A stretch of DNA of 64,000 nt from Massalongia carnosa. Its lineage: Eukaryota. Below are positions 25,701 through 40,205 of the stretch, piece by piece; position 1 is the stretch's first letter, and each line of letters opens with the position of its first letter. The notes beneath the pieces were generated by a model, which worked only from the letters and a program-made list of their open reading frames with translations, was not told the origin of the DNA and ran no database searches. The stretch covers positions 2,356,001-2,420,000 of the forward strand of contig OZ287070.1 of NCBI GenBank assembly GCA_965645245.1. The letters are read 5' to 3'. Both the position numbers and the translations under genes were made by a program.

Positions 25701-27617
25701 TCTATATACCTTAACATGTTCATCGCCCGCAACCTACCTAAGTTTCCGCAATTTATCCTCCTGCCGGGCCATGTTCTTCATCGAGTACTTATTGAGCTAT
25801 GTCAATACCCGTCTGAAGACGTTGCTGAAGACAGTCAACTTAGTGCCGAGTATCTCTTGTCCATTTACCAGCCTCCGGATCTATCGTCTTTGATACCAAT
25901 GATTTCAAAAGCTCGTTTTTATCGAGTGTTGAAGTCCATCTATAAGACAGAAAAGCAGTACGCAAAATTACTCCAAACCTGCTTCGACGATTACGATGAC
26001 CCGGATGCTATTTTCGACTGCATTGGAGATTGTCTGAGACCTCGTCTTGGAGTATCTGAAAGTCAGCTAAACGATGTCAGAGCAGTAATCATCGACCGGG
26101 CTCACGAACTCGTGACGAGGGATGTGATAAAAGCAGCATCAACGCTTGAAGAGTACGCACCGCAATTACATAGAGTTCTTTTAGAGGCTCTAGATCAGGA
26201 TGAACCCTCTCAGTTTCAATATTTGCAGACGATACTTGAGCCAGCTGATCCGAGCACACTAGATAAACGACACCAACATCGCATATCAAACCGCAGTTTT
26301 GTCGAGCAATATGTGCGTCTCCTCTGCGATTATAACCCTCGTCATGTAAGTGAATACGTGGAGAAGCTGAAGAGCGGTGATCTACGGCTTGAAGAGGTCC
26401 TTCCGGCACTAGAGGATAGCGGTGTTATTGACGCTGCTGTCGTACTCATGGTAAGAGAGGGCAAAGTCCGCGATGCCATCGATCGTCTTACGCAGCATCT
26501 TGCTACAATGGAAGCTGCCCTACTCGGGCTGCTGGACGGAGCTTCGAATAGTCCTGATGTATCAAACACCCTGGAAGCCATCCGTGATTTGGTTGGATCG
26601 ATACATAAGTACACGCGAGTGGGGATTTGGCTTTGTCAAGGGCAAACCAGATCTGCGCAGAAGGATAATGCTCAACTAAAGCTGGTGAAACGATCAAAAG
26701 CAATCGACGACGATCTATCAGTAGACGAAAGCCTTTGGCTTGATCTGATTGACGCCGTTGTGTCGGTTACTAAAAATATCACCGAGGTATTGGAAGATGA
26801 TAGTCGGCAATTTATGGAAAATGATACCGAGCCCATAACCTCCCCCGAGCACAATGCGAGGCCACTCGGAACCTTGCAATTAGGCAGAGAACTGCGCAAA
26901 GCGGTGCAAGAGACATTCACAGCATTGCTAGATACAACCAGCACTTACCGAACACATGATGCACGCCGTACAGATGTATCCTTCCTAAAAATCCTCCGGG
27001 GTTTTCTCAGTCGTGCGTCCTTGTCGTCGCCCTCGTTGTCAAACCTGCGCTCGGTCCTCGCCACTATATTCTCAGCATATGCTTATGAGGAGTCTCTGCT
27101 TTCGCTGGCAAATCATCTATTGGATAAGGATCTTTTCGTGCATGTGACAGAGACAGATGCTCTCCGAAGAAGGGGTTGGAGACCATTAGGTCAGGTGTGT
27201 GAGGGTTGTGGGAGGCGAGTATGGGGTTCAGGTGTAGGTGGCTATATCTGGGATGCCTGGCAAAGGAACGAAGCGCGAGCGGAAATTGCCAATTGCAAGC
27301 AGACGGGGTGCGAAGCAGAGGGTGCTGTTACGGCAGAAAGCCAGGGAAAAGGCAAAAGGGTCATGAGCGGTGACAGCAAATGGTCTGCCTCGGTTGGGCG
27401 AGAAGCAGCATTTAAAAATGGGAAGATGCCCATGAGAGAAGCGAGCGTTGATGATGCTGAAAAAACCGCAAAAGAGGATCGAGGACCTCTTGTGGTATTT
27501 TCGTGTCGGCATATCTTCCACCAAAGCTGTCTGCAGGAAATGCAGGGGACGGAAGAAGCTGGCCGGGTGGCAACTCCGTCGGGACTTGAGTTCACATGCC
27601 CGCTATGTACTAAATGA
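22726..27617 (+). CDS. VPS8: CORVET complex subunit Vps8
   Basis: PWEVVRWTKLRKI and ALGTSKGLILVFDY (beta-propeller), WADRLLALMEQGDFIRAI, LFDALFYVWN, and a C-terminal split RING (CEGC...CRHIFHQSC...CPLC). Introns at ~23041-23090 and ~23514-23571. The start codon is uncertain. Confidence 0.93.
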
Positions 27618-28467
27618 TAGGCAACGGTAACGAAATGTTACTCGTTGCTTCATATATGGAATGCCGCTCCATCCATCTTTCTGCTTTCCTTTATCTTTCG
27701 TTTCCGTTGCTATTTTGGGAGCGCCTGCCTTACCTGATCCCAAGGTGGAGAGATGTCCTTAAGGGAGATTGGCGTTTATATCCCACAAACCCATTGAAAG
27801 TCCGAGCGAGCGACTGAAGAATATTGGCTTATCTATGCTTAGTCCTCATCCTGGTTCAATCATGAAAAATGTGTCTTGATTCCTGTCTTTTGGCTATTTT
27901 TTTTGTTGTTGTTGTTGGAATTCGAATACCAACTCACGTGCTCCAGAACGCTAAGATCTGTTTTCCTTTATCCGAATCGTCACCTTAAACAGTGGCGATG
28001 AATTCTGAATTCAGACTACGCAGGCTTACTGGAACCTTTTTCACGTTAAGAGTACCGGGAAATCTTCATGTAGACCAAACTCCATATGGATATCGCGAAT
28101 CAACTCGAGAAAGTATGCAGATCACCAGGAGGAAAAGTATCCATCCGTGTGGGAGACGTTTCTATACTTCGCAGGGAGTCCTAGCTTTAGTCCCGACAAA
28201 CCCATCGATCTAGATCCTCCGGACATGGTAAAACAAGGAACCATGGAACGAAATATTGTTATCGTTGGAAGCAATGGCCTTTTCACACAATTGAAGCGCA
28301 TACTGTCCATTCGTATGTACGTTCTTACCTCTCTCATCTCGTTTATGACTAAATCCTCTTCCTGGTGTTCTTTCATTGTGATCAACCATTTCTCAATCGC
28401 CCAGGTCTCTTGCCTCAAAACAATACTTGCTTGATTTTATCCTCAGACTCTTTCTTGGAGTAGAAGT

Positions 28468-29781
28468 ATGCATCTCGGCCAGTGCGTTCTGTATGGCGGG
28501 CTTGTCCGATGGGCCTTTGCTGGCTATGCAATAAAGGATACCTACGACTCTAGCAATTGGGCCGATTCTTTCAGCTTTGATACCGTGAGTGGTCAATTTA
28601 TTCTATACTCGATTGCTGACCCCAAATCAAGCTAGATGATCCTACGCTTGGATATGTTAACTTCGTCGATCAAAATTTTGCAACAAAACACGGAATGTTC
28701 GATACCAAGGATGATGTAGTAACTTTCGGTGCCGATCATAACTCGACGGCTTCAGGTCGCGGCCGAAACAGCGTCAGACTTTCCAGCAAAAAGGCATATA
28801 CCCACGGTCTCGTCATTGTTGATCTTGCGCATATGCCAGCCAATACTTGTGGTTCGTGGAATGCTTTGTGAGTCTTATGCAGCTCTGTTGACCGCACTTA
28901 CTAAAACGCTCAACACAGCTGGATGTACGGGGCTGAGTACGTACACTCGGCGGCATAAAACGAACAAAGCCATCGCTGATAGAAGTGCAGCTGGCCCAAT
29001 GACGGAGAAATCGACATTGCTGAAGGTGTCAATTCTCAGGAAGAAAACTGGATGACGGCGCACACCAGCAAAGACTGCACGCTTGGTGGAGCGGACTGTG
29101 CGTATCCCGGACCAGGGTGTCTCCAAACAGGAGGAGGCCCAAAATCTTACGGGGCTGGCTTCAACAAAAACCAGGGTGGCTTTTACGCGATGGAATGGAC
29201 CAGCCACCACATCTTCATTTGGTTCTTTGGACGAGGCGATGAGCCCAAAGATCTCACCGACGGCTCTCCAGATCCCTCGAAATGGGGCGAGCCGATAGGA
29301 AACTTTGATGAAGGGATTCATGCTGCAGGTTGCGATATCGATGCTCACTTCCGCAACCAGAATATCATCTTCGACACCACATTTTGCGGTAACGATTCAT
29401 GTCGAGTACACATGAGCGAGGTGTGCTAATATCCTGTTAGGAGTATGGGCTGGCGAAACGTTTTTGCTTGATCAGACTTGCGCTGCTCTGAACACAAGCT
29501 GCGTGGAATATGTCATGAATCATCCTGCTGCGTTTGAGGAATCCTACTGGGCCGTAAATTCCCTCAAGGTCTATGAGTTTAAAGCCGACAACGATAAGGC
29601 GGATGACAAGGGCGATGACATGGCCAAGGACACGAAGGGTGATACAGACGATGAGAGCAGCGACGATGATGACCACCATCACCACCATCATCATCACCAT
29701 CACCATCGCCATCACCGTCACCGTCATCACCGCCATCATCACCATCATTCGGCCAATGCAACCTCCTCTGTTGCAAACTAA
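28468..29781 (+). CDS. Secreted GH16 endo-1,3(4)-beta-glucanase-like protein with acidic linker and poly-His C-terminal tail, multi-exon
   Basis: Signal peptide MHLGQCVLYGGLVRWAFA, then DDPTLGYVNFVD, GRNSVRLSS, HMPANTCGSWNAFW and the catalytic WPNDGEIDIAEGVN. NIIFDTTFCG and YWAVNSLKVY follow. It includes an ~18-nt micro-exon. Confidence 0.92.
29674..29748 (+). repeat. CAY-rich trinucleotide tract encoding 21 His + 4 Arg
   Basis: HHHHHHHHHHHRHHRHRHHRHHHHH, in frame with the last GH16 exon, with mixed CAC/CAT codons. Confidence 0.9.
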
Positions 29782-30110
29782 GCAGAAGAGCGTGGGTATT
29801 TCGTAGAGCTATCTTGCTACTGAGCACATTGACTAGGTACTCTTTGCTCCGTACATATATATCGTTATCTTTTATGGTTAGGTATATATTAGTGGTACAT
29901 ATAGACAGGACCCAAGAAAGGAGGATTTTAGAGTCCTAGTGTCGTGTACATAAGAAGAATCCTTCGACTCCAATACTTAACTACTTTCCCCCTGATCATA
30001 GAGACTGATCAACTGCGCCCTGTAACGTTAGTGGATTTTAACACCGTATGGCATGGCGTGCTTATGCCTAAGTTCCACTGTGCTCCTTGTCACAGCAGTT
30101 CTACCAAATT

Positions 30111-31565
30111 ATGCTGCCTACTGCCGCTGATATCGCCAAAACTGCGGGTGAGTTCCTGGAGCGATTGCCCCGAGTCTACAGAGTAAATAATTGTTGGATC
30201 TGATGCCTGTAAACATCAGGAAGCCAAGCAGCCTGGGCGGAAATCCCTACGACTTCTCTACGCGCCGAGCTTGCTAGAAGACAGGATGATTCAACGAAAG
30301 CAACGTGCGGGTCGGGAAAGACTAGAGGCTCTTACAACACCTCCTTACACGTTGGGGCGCTCATTCTTATTTTAGTACTCAGCACCGCAGGTCGGTTGCC
30401 TTCACTGCCTGAATACTCGGTCTCTATGCTGACAAAGAAACCTTTCCTAACAGCCTGTTCATTCCCCATCATAGTCCGCCGATTCCCTCGCCTTCCCGTA
30501 CCTCACCATTTCCTCTTCCTATCTCGCCATTTCGGCACCGGCGTTCTCATTGCGACGGCATTTGTGCATCTCCTCCCCACCGCCTTTGTCTCCCTGACTG
30601 ATCCATGCCTGCCGTCGTTCTGGAACCATGGGTACCCAGCCATGGCAGGTCTGATCGCCATGACCTCGGTTTTGGTGGTGGTGGGCATTGAGATGTTCTT
30701 TGCGACAAGGGGGGCAGGGCATATGCATGCGAGCGAGTACGACACGCTTCCGGAAGAGGAGGATCATGATGCGCACAAGCATCTTGGCAACGCACACATG
30801 AGATCATCCAGGCCACGAAGCGACTCCGTCCGCCGCTTCAGACCTGCTGACATCGGAAGGCACCTCAATGGTATTCCCTTAGGTGCCATCGATAGTTCGT
30901 CGACCGAAAATCTTGTTTCAGCCTATTCCCCAACCACCGAGCCCTACAGTCCCCACATCCCGAAACCTCAGGACGACTTCGACACAGAATCAGCGCCCCT
31001 CTCCCCTACTAGCCATGTAATAATAACAACGACCTCCCCAAACACCTCCCCAACGGAAACCCTGCAAACCCAACAAAAGCTCCTCCTCCAATGCCTCCTC
31101 CTCGAAGCCGGCATCCTATTCCACAGCATCTTCATCGGCATCGCCCTTAGCGTCGCCACCTCGACCTCTTTTCTCGTCCTCCTCCTCGCCATCTCCTTCC
31201 ACCAAACGTTTGAAGGCCTGGCTCTCGGCTCCCGGATCGCCGCCATTCCGCAATTTGCCGCTTCGTCCCCGAAACCATGGCTCATGGCCCTCGCCTACGG
31301 CACCACCACCCCGCTCGGTCAAGCGATCGGACTGGCCGCCCACGGACTGTACGATCCGGCGGGCGAAACAGGGCTACTGATGGTGGGGGTCATGAATGCT
31401 GTCAGCAGCGGCTTGCTGCTGTTTGCGGGGTTGGTGGAGCTGCTGGCAGAGGACTTTTTAAGCGATCGCAGTTATGGCGTGTTGAGGGGCCGGAGGAGGT
31501 TGGAGGCTTGCGCAGCAGTAGTAGGGGGTGGGGCATTGATGGCGTTGGTGGGGGCTTGGGCATGA
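30111..31565 (+). CDS. ZIP-family zinc/iron permease, multi-exon
   Basis: Spliced N-terminus MLPTAADIAKTAGSQ...CGSGKTRGSYNTSLHVGALILILVLS. Motifs RHFGTGVLIATAFVHLLP, LLEAGILFHSIFIG, HQTFEGLALG and TTPLGQAIG are ZIP signatures. Confidence 0.94.
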
Positions 31566-32040
31566 ACGGCGGGAAAACCGGAGGAGGCCAGCGCTTGGAG
31601 AATGGGCGCTTGGATAGGTGTGGTGGCTTTTTTTGGGGGGGAGGGTTTGCAGCGCGGGGACTTTACCTGGCATTTGGGAGTGGATCTCTATGTTTCTTCC
31701 CTGCCTCTATATAAACTCAAGATTTACAAAGGATTGGTCGTCGGGAGGGATGTTCACGTGTTTCAAAGAAACAATATTCGCGAGGAAAAGGCACACAATC
31801 GAGCGAGTAGACGTTTTATCCTTTTTTATCTTCCTATATCAAGAATCACACAGAATGCTTACATAGCGCTGAACGGGCGAATTTGACTTTCTGTTCCTGA
31901 GAGGGAGGGAGACGCAAGGCTGAATCTCATCGTCTGATTCGCAGGAGCTTTTCCACTCTCTTTCTTTTCGTACATTACTACAAACGGCCGCCCGCCCCGC
32001 CTTCTATCCATGCATCCATGCATGCATCCCACTCCACACC

Positions 32041-35000
32041 CTAACTCACCCCATCCAACACCCCCCCCTCCTTCAAGCCCTTCCACAGCTCCTTCTCCAA
32101 AAATTTCCCCACGCTCACATCCTCGCTCAGGCCCTTCCGCCTGCGGGTCTTGACCACAAAATCCCTAGCCGTGCCCCCCGGGGGCGCCATCTCCAACGGG
32201 CGGAGCTTGACCTCGCGATCGAGCGGATCGCCGGGGACGACGCTCCACTTGTCGAAGACGAGGGCGACGCTGGCCTGGCCCTGCGTGTGGATGCGCACGT
32301 CGGTCTCGAAGCCGAAGCTGTCGATGACGGGCACGAGGCCGCGCACGCCGTAGAGCGGGGTGCCGGCCAGAGGGCCGTCCGAGAGGACGTGGCCCCGGCG
32401 CCGGGAGAGGATGGTGTACAGGGCCGCGACAGAGTCGGCGGGGCCGGTCATCGAGACGAGGTACAGCGGTTCGAGCAGGCGGGGGGAGGCGGTGAGGAAG
32501 GAGGAGTAGAGCGCGCGCCGGGTGGTGGGGATGATTTGGCCGGACCCGCGCGAAATGCTGTCGGTGGCGAGGGAGAGGTCGGTGATTTTGAAGCAGGTAT
32601 TACGGATGGCTATTTTTTTTGATGAAAAGGGAGTGTAGTTAGATTTGGGTTGTTTCAGATGAGGTGGGGAAACAAGACCAACTTACGTTCTTCACAGAGG
32701 GGTCCTTCCCGGGTGCCCCAGCTGAAGCCTTGGCGGAGGGTATCGCGGACCGTGTTGACAAGTTTCTTGTCGACTTGCGAGGGTAAGGTGTCATCTTGCA
32801 GGATATTGGGTCCCATTTCGTCCGGGCCGAAAGCCCAGATGCTGCGCGAAGCGAGCTTGTCCCAGCCGTAGTTTTCCTCAAAGAACTGGCCTACTTTCCG
32901 GATCGGATCTTTGATGTTAACTCGGCCGCTTTCAATATCCTCAGCGATGCCATCATCGAGCGGCTCCGCCACCATGGTGATTTTATTCTTCTTATTGGGC
33001 GTGAGGGCGTAGCACATTATAGCGGAAGTTTCGACAACAGTTTCGCAGAAGCGCGTCACCGGGTCGGACACTTTAAGCTCCATTTCCGAATAGAGCCGGC
33101 GGAGGTCATGCAGCACGCAGTCCATGTATAGTTCGCCGGTACCAAGAATTACGTGCTCACCGGATTCCTCGACTTTGGTGCTAATGAGGGGATAACTTTT
33201 GTTGATTTTTCGTAAACCGTCTAGCATCTTGGGGAGCTCGGAGGGGTTGATAGGTTCAACGGCGACTTTGAATACTGATTCGGTGAAGTGCTTGACTGGT
33301 TTGAAGATATATGCATCTTCGTCGTCTTCTAAGCGCGGTGGGACCAGGGTTGCTGTTTTAACGATTGAATTGTCGATTCCGCTAAGTAGAACCCAGTTTC
33401 CTGCTGGGACGCCGCTAGTGGGGATATTATACCTAGACTCGGCGATCCAGGTGTCTGATATGGTCGAGATGGTCATGTCCTCTTCGTCGTCGATGGTGTA
33501 TCCTTCGCCAAGTACACGAACCTGTTGCCCGGCTTTGGCAACACCACTCATGACACGACCGAAAGAGTAGAAGCTTGAAGCATCAGGGGTATTGAATAGT
33601 TTAGTAATCTGCACGACCAGCGGACCGTCCTGGTCACAACGTTCGATAGATGAAGCAACCTTGGTATCGACTGGTCCGGTATAATAACGATTCAGCTTTT
33701 TGCTCGCTCCTTCGGCGGGAGAAGGTATATGCTGTACCACCATATCCACAAATCCCTCCGCACCACCGAAGAACTGCTCACACACCATTTTCAACAGGTC
33801 TTTCGCGTCCGTCTTGTATTGTGATGGCTTCAGATGTATGCCTAAAGTGGCTAACGTTTCCTGAAGATCTTCTGGGCTTTCGCTGATGGTATGCGAATAC
33901 AGCTTATAGATGGGCTCAAGAATAAAATTGACAAAAGTCCGTTTTGATCGTTCTTCAGTGCCTTTTCTTGTAAATGACCTCCTCTTCGGGTTGAAGAAGA
34001 TATCTCCCCATAGCCGTGCGCTGAAGTCTTTGGCGTTGACGTCGGGATAACTATCGGCATACATTTTTGCAAACGAGGGAAGGGTGAAGACCCAGCCAGT
34101 ACTACTACTTGCAAATGCAACGTTCCCCTTCTCAGGGCTTAGACGTCTTTTCTCTCCTTGGCCGGGAAGAGTATTTTCAATGACCGTATTAACCTCCTCA
34201 ATTACATGCTTAAGCTTGAAATACGCATCGGTTGGAGGCAGCTTCAATTCGAGAATCAGCCGATCCATCTTGTTGACTATCAAGGTAAGAGGTAGATCTT
34301 CCAAAATGGCGTATTTTATTATTTGTTCCGTATTGATCTGAACCCCTTCAACTACATCCACCACCAAAACGACGCCATCAACCAGCCGCAACGAAGCTGC
34401 GACCTCGTCTACGAAGTTGACATGGCCAGGTGTATCAAGGATATTGAGGAGATGGGATTTGCCGCGTGTACCTGACAGTACTAGACTCATAGGAGCTGAT
34501 TTGATGGACATCCCTCGTTCACGCTCTAATATGTGCACGTCAGTGTATCTGAGCTGTTCGTCTCGCTTTCTGCCTGTGTTTTTCGCGAGTCGATCAACGA
34601 GGTCATGAGTCTGCATCACCAGCATGTCCATCAGCGCGGTTTTACCATGGTGTAAGTGACCTGCGAACGCAATGTTCCTAATTTGCTCCGGGAAATTCAT
34701 AAGATCTGTCATGAAATCTCGTGAAAAATATACGGGTGGTAAATCCGCTTCTTGAATAGCGAATTTCTTTTGCTGAATGGGGGCAATAATAGGTTGAGTG
34801 AGCGGCTGAGCATCTTCCTCCTCTACCAGCGTCTCTACCCCAGGCCCGTATACTTGCTGAGCTGTGGGATAGTATTGCTTATCCTCATGTAAGATAACGG
34901 CATTGGATGCTTCATCTTCTATGACCCCAGATGTAAGCATAGCCAAGCGAGCGCATGGGAGACCTGCCTAACCGTCAAGTTCCATCAACTGTTGATTGTT

Positions 35001-35183
35001 GACTGGTCCATCATCCTCTTCCTCATCGTCCAGATCATAGGCGTGCTGCCCCTGTGCGGCATGCTGCGACTCTTCATCGGACTCTTCAGCTTCCCCAATG
35101 AAGTTTCCAAATCTGGGCCCATATTAGTAATGAGATAGGCGATTGGAAAGCAAACAGTTTTACTCGTCATAGAGGTCGTCCAT
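32041..35183 (-). CDS. SNU114: U5 snRNP 116-kDa EF-2-like GTPase
   Basis: MDDLYDE|FGNFIG start, LHEDKQYYP, GHLHHGKT, DTPGHVNF, NKMD, SIWAFGPD and the C-terminal KTRRRKGL. Confidence 0.97.
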
Positions 35184-35771
35184 TGTTTGGGATATATATT
35201 GCAATACGATGTTTCATTTTCGGTTTCTTTACGATAGAATTCCTTCCATATCAATGCGCCTCATAGGGCTATGAGAGCCGCTCAATTGCGCTTGCGCTTA
35301 TTTAATGTTAGTGTAGCCAAGGGAGCGCCACAGTGCGCTAATCCTTATCGAGCTATAGATAATGCTCAACCAACAAAAGTTTGGTACCTATCCTTCCGAC
35401 TGGCTGAATTTGACCCCGAGACTTATGGTCCTACATTTACTCTACACGGAGGAGAGGCATCGATGAGTTTGATACGTAACGGGAAAAGGCCTGCTTGGAT
35501 GGTTTGGGCCATTAGAAACCAGCTTTCCAAAGTGGACCGCAATGGGTGTTCCGAGCGAACAATGAGTCGGGTAAGTGAGGTTTCGGCCTGGCTGAACATA
35601 CTCTACTCTAACTATCTCGGCCGCCGACATTCCTTCCCGAGGAGCTACATACCTAGTAGAAAAGAACCACTCGGTTTCGAATATATAAAATCCCATTTGA
35701 AATCGCTTTTCATTTCAGGCTCCCTTGCTCTACTAAGTACTGGAAATTAACTTGTTCATTGCTGGTTCAAG

Positions 35772-37175
<1,404 letters not shown>

Positions 37176-37909
37176 GGGTTGGAGTAGATTATCGGCGAGA
37201 AAAGAGAACTTTGTCGTGATGCGTGGGGGATTGGAGAAGGCGGCTTGTTGTTGTTGTTGGTGGTGGTGGTGGTGGTGGTGAAGACTACAACTTGGGAAAG
37301 GAAGAGGGAGAGCTAGGAAGGTGGGGAGGGAATACACAAAGCTTATGACTTGCTATTTAGAAGCTTAAACGAATTTTTTTACATTTCCCGGAAATGAAAG
37401 GAATAGCAATTGGTTTTTGGCCGTCAGCTATCTCATACTTGTCTGTCTGTCAGTTAAGCCAATTCGTCCAGTAAGTAGCCCACCCAGAACGTGACTTGAT
37501 TTTTTTTTGGTTTTGTTTGTGGACTCTTTCATTTCGTTCGCTCTTTCTTTACTAGTGGCTAGTGGCTAGCGCGATGTAGCCTGGCGTGGTGCTGAAGGGG
37601 GATACGTGGGTACTTGGGTTGCTTTAGGGAGGTAGGGTGGGTAAGTAGTTGGGTATGGGGGAAAGGGGGGGATGGAAGGAGGTATAGGGTAGAGGTAAAC
37701 ATCCACGAATGAACGGCGGATTGATTGCCAAGGTAAGATTGAAAAAGGAAAGTCACAAGGCCGTATTGCTTGCCGAGACCGCGATGAGATCGACTGATTA
37801 TCTCTTGACGGGTTCTGGACGGTTTGCAGACTTGTCTACCGCCGACCGATCAAACCTCTCCCCAGGTACTCCCCTCCCTCAACCAAACCCCCATTTTCCT
37901 CCGAAACCG

Positions 37910-38994
37910 TCACATTTCCCCACACATGGCAATCACCACATCCGTGACCGGCTTCTCGCCGCGCGTGCGCGTATTCTCCACTTTGCGCACGACGTCTAGG
38001 CCACGGACCACTTTTCCGAACACGACGTGCTTGTTGTTGAGGAAGGGGGTTGGGACCTTTAGGTTGCGGGTTTGGTTTTTATTTTATTTTTTAGAGGGGT
38101 AGGACAGAATAGGAGGGTGGGGATATGTGCGTGTGTGTGTGAGAGAGAGAGAATGGGGAGGATAGGGGACATACGGTAGTGATGAAGAATTGGCAGCCGT
38201 TGGAGTTGGGGCCGGAGTTCTGGTAGGTGGGAAAGGGGGATTAGTGGTTTGCAATGAGAGAGTGCGGGGGGGAGGCATAGGAGACTGACGGCCATGCTGA
38301 GCAGGCCGGCAGTGTCGTGCTTCAGCTTGAAATTCTCGTCCGCGAAAGATTTCGTGCCGTAGATGGAGGCACTGCCGGTGCCATCGCCGTTAAGGAAATC
38401 TCCGCCCTGTATCATGAAGTCCTTAATCTACGTTGCCATTGGGGTTAACATTTGATCATTCACGTATCTGCTGAAAAAGTCGCGATCTATATACATAAGA
38501 GACATTGGTGTAAAACAAACTTTTGCGAAAGAAAGTAAAGGAACGAGGGAGCTGAGGATGCACTGACGACTCGATGGAACTTGCTACCTTTGTATCCTTG
38601 CGGGTATCCCTGGGCGTTTTTAGTCTCGCCGGTGCAGTATTGACGAAAGTTTTCGGCAGTTTTGGGCGTGATGTCGGCGAAGAGCTCCATTTGCACACGG
38701 CCCAGGGGTTCACCTATTTGATGGTAAGGAAAAGGGGGGGTGTTAGACATGGTTCCACGCTACTGATCGAGACAGTAGAAAACAAGATGACCAGAAATCG
38801 ACGATTAGAGCAAACATGTTACCAGACATTGATATACTCGGTAATTTTTCTCGAAAACGTCAAATGGTCGCTCCAAAACAAAACAGTGGAAGTGAGTTAA
38901 TAAAGGCACCGACGAACCACTTACCGCCTAAGGCCACGTCAAAGAACACGATCGGATTCACCACTCTCGCTGCGTTGCTGTTGCTCTCCGTCAT
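37910..38994 (-). CDS. PPIH: Peptidyl-prolyl cis-trans isomerase H (U4/U6-associated cyclophilin), 5 exons
   Basis: [53 protein letters not shown]...[23 protein letters not shown]...[19 protein letters not shown]|...KHVVFGKV...CGEM*. ENFRQx[12 protein letters not shown] and the CGEM end point to CypH. Confidence 0.88.
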
Positions 38995-40205
38995 CTCCCC
39001 TATCTCTCAATCGTGCGTGTAGATGGACAATGAGTTTTGCGATTGCTTTAAATCCGACAGTCGCCGGGATTCAAGGGATTGTGTACTCGTGGCCCAAGAA
39101 CTATCAGAAACGAGGGGTTGGATTTGATGAGTTGATGATTTGATTGTTAGGGAAAGGTAGGCTGAAGAGATGCCGCATGTGCATCCCTCCAATCACGTGT
39201 GAACGACCCAGTTTGTCGGGCGCATTCTTGCTTTTCTCTCCTGGTCAACGAAAAGGGTACTCTGTACTGAGTAAACTGTACTCTGCCCAAAGTATAGTCT
39301 ACTTGCGAATAAATATTGCAATCGATATTGAAGGTGAATGATAGAATACATCAGCATGTATGATAAAGAGTGTGTACTGTAAAGTAATTTATATACCGAC
39401 AATGAGAGTTATGTATAGAACATGTCTGTATTGTATTTTCGTCACATATTTGGTCACAGGCACTCTCTTCCCTCGTCTTTTGCTTTGGCTCAATCCTCGC
39501 GTCCTTTGTTTGACTTTCCCAGGCGCTCGTTTGGCGTTAAGGTTGGCCCCTTTACCCCCATTTAGTATGTAACCACGTAACCTACTGGAGTTACACTAGT
39601 GCTTTTCGTACAGAGTACTCCGTACAGAGTACATACCCTTTCTCTGAAAATCAACTTTGAGTTGAGATACTCCAAACATTTCGTTCATCATGACATTCAC
39701 GGCCATGATCATGAGCACGGTAACCTGTTTCACGTCTACGTATTCGATTATCTAACTATATACTCCATCAGCCCAGCTTCGACGGCGACTGCACGAACGG
39801 ACGACTGCATCCGGGTAGACCGGAGTTGGTCAGCCCTGTTATCATTGTCATCACCATTCACTGTTAAACAAGACTCCATCCTCGATTTTGCCACTTCCAA
39901 TCAGGAATCCATCATCGGTTCCAATAATACAATATCGTGCGACACAGTTCTCCTCATCTTTTATCTGCCGCCTGATACATCCCGCGACCCTTGCTTGAGA
40001 GGCAGGTTTCAAGCTGTTACATTCCTGCATCCCTTGACGCAGCCCTAGACACCATCAGCCTGCTGTATCCATCAACACTCACGCAACATGAGGACGGAGG
40101 AAGAGATGTTCAATGAATTTTTGAATGCGGCTGTTGGTCTTGGAGTTCGAAATCTTGGTGAGTTGCTCTGACGGATGGGGAGTGCAACATGCCCCCAAAA
40201 GTCTA

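Noticed and set aside
35271..35750. 159-aa ORF between SNU114 and ERG10
   Set aside because: It fills the shared divergent promoter, has no recognisable motif and is likely spurious.
38715..38924. Longer introns (PPIH intron 1, TPT ~10785-11059, SmG intron 2) as snoRNA hosts
   Set aside because: I could not find convincing paired C/D boxes or H/ACA architecture by eye. A snoscan/Infernal run would be needed.
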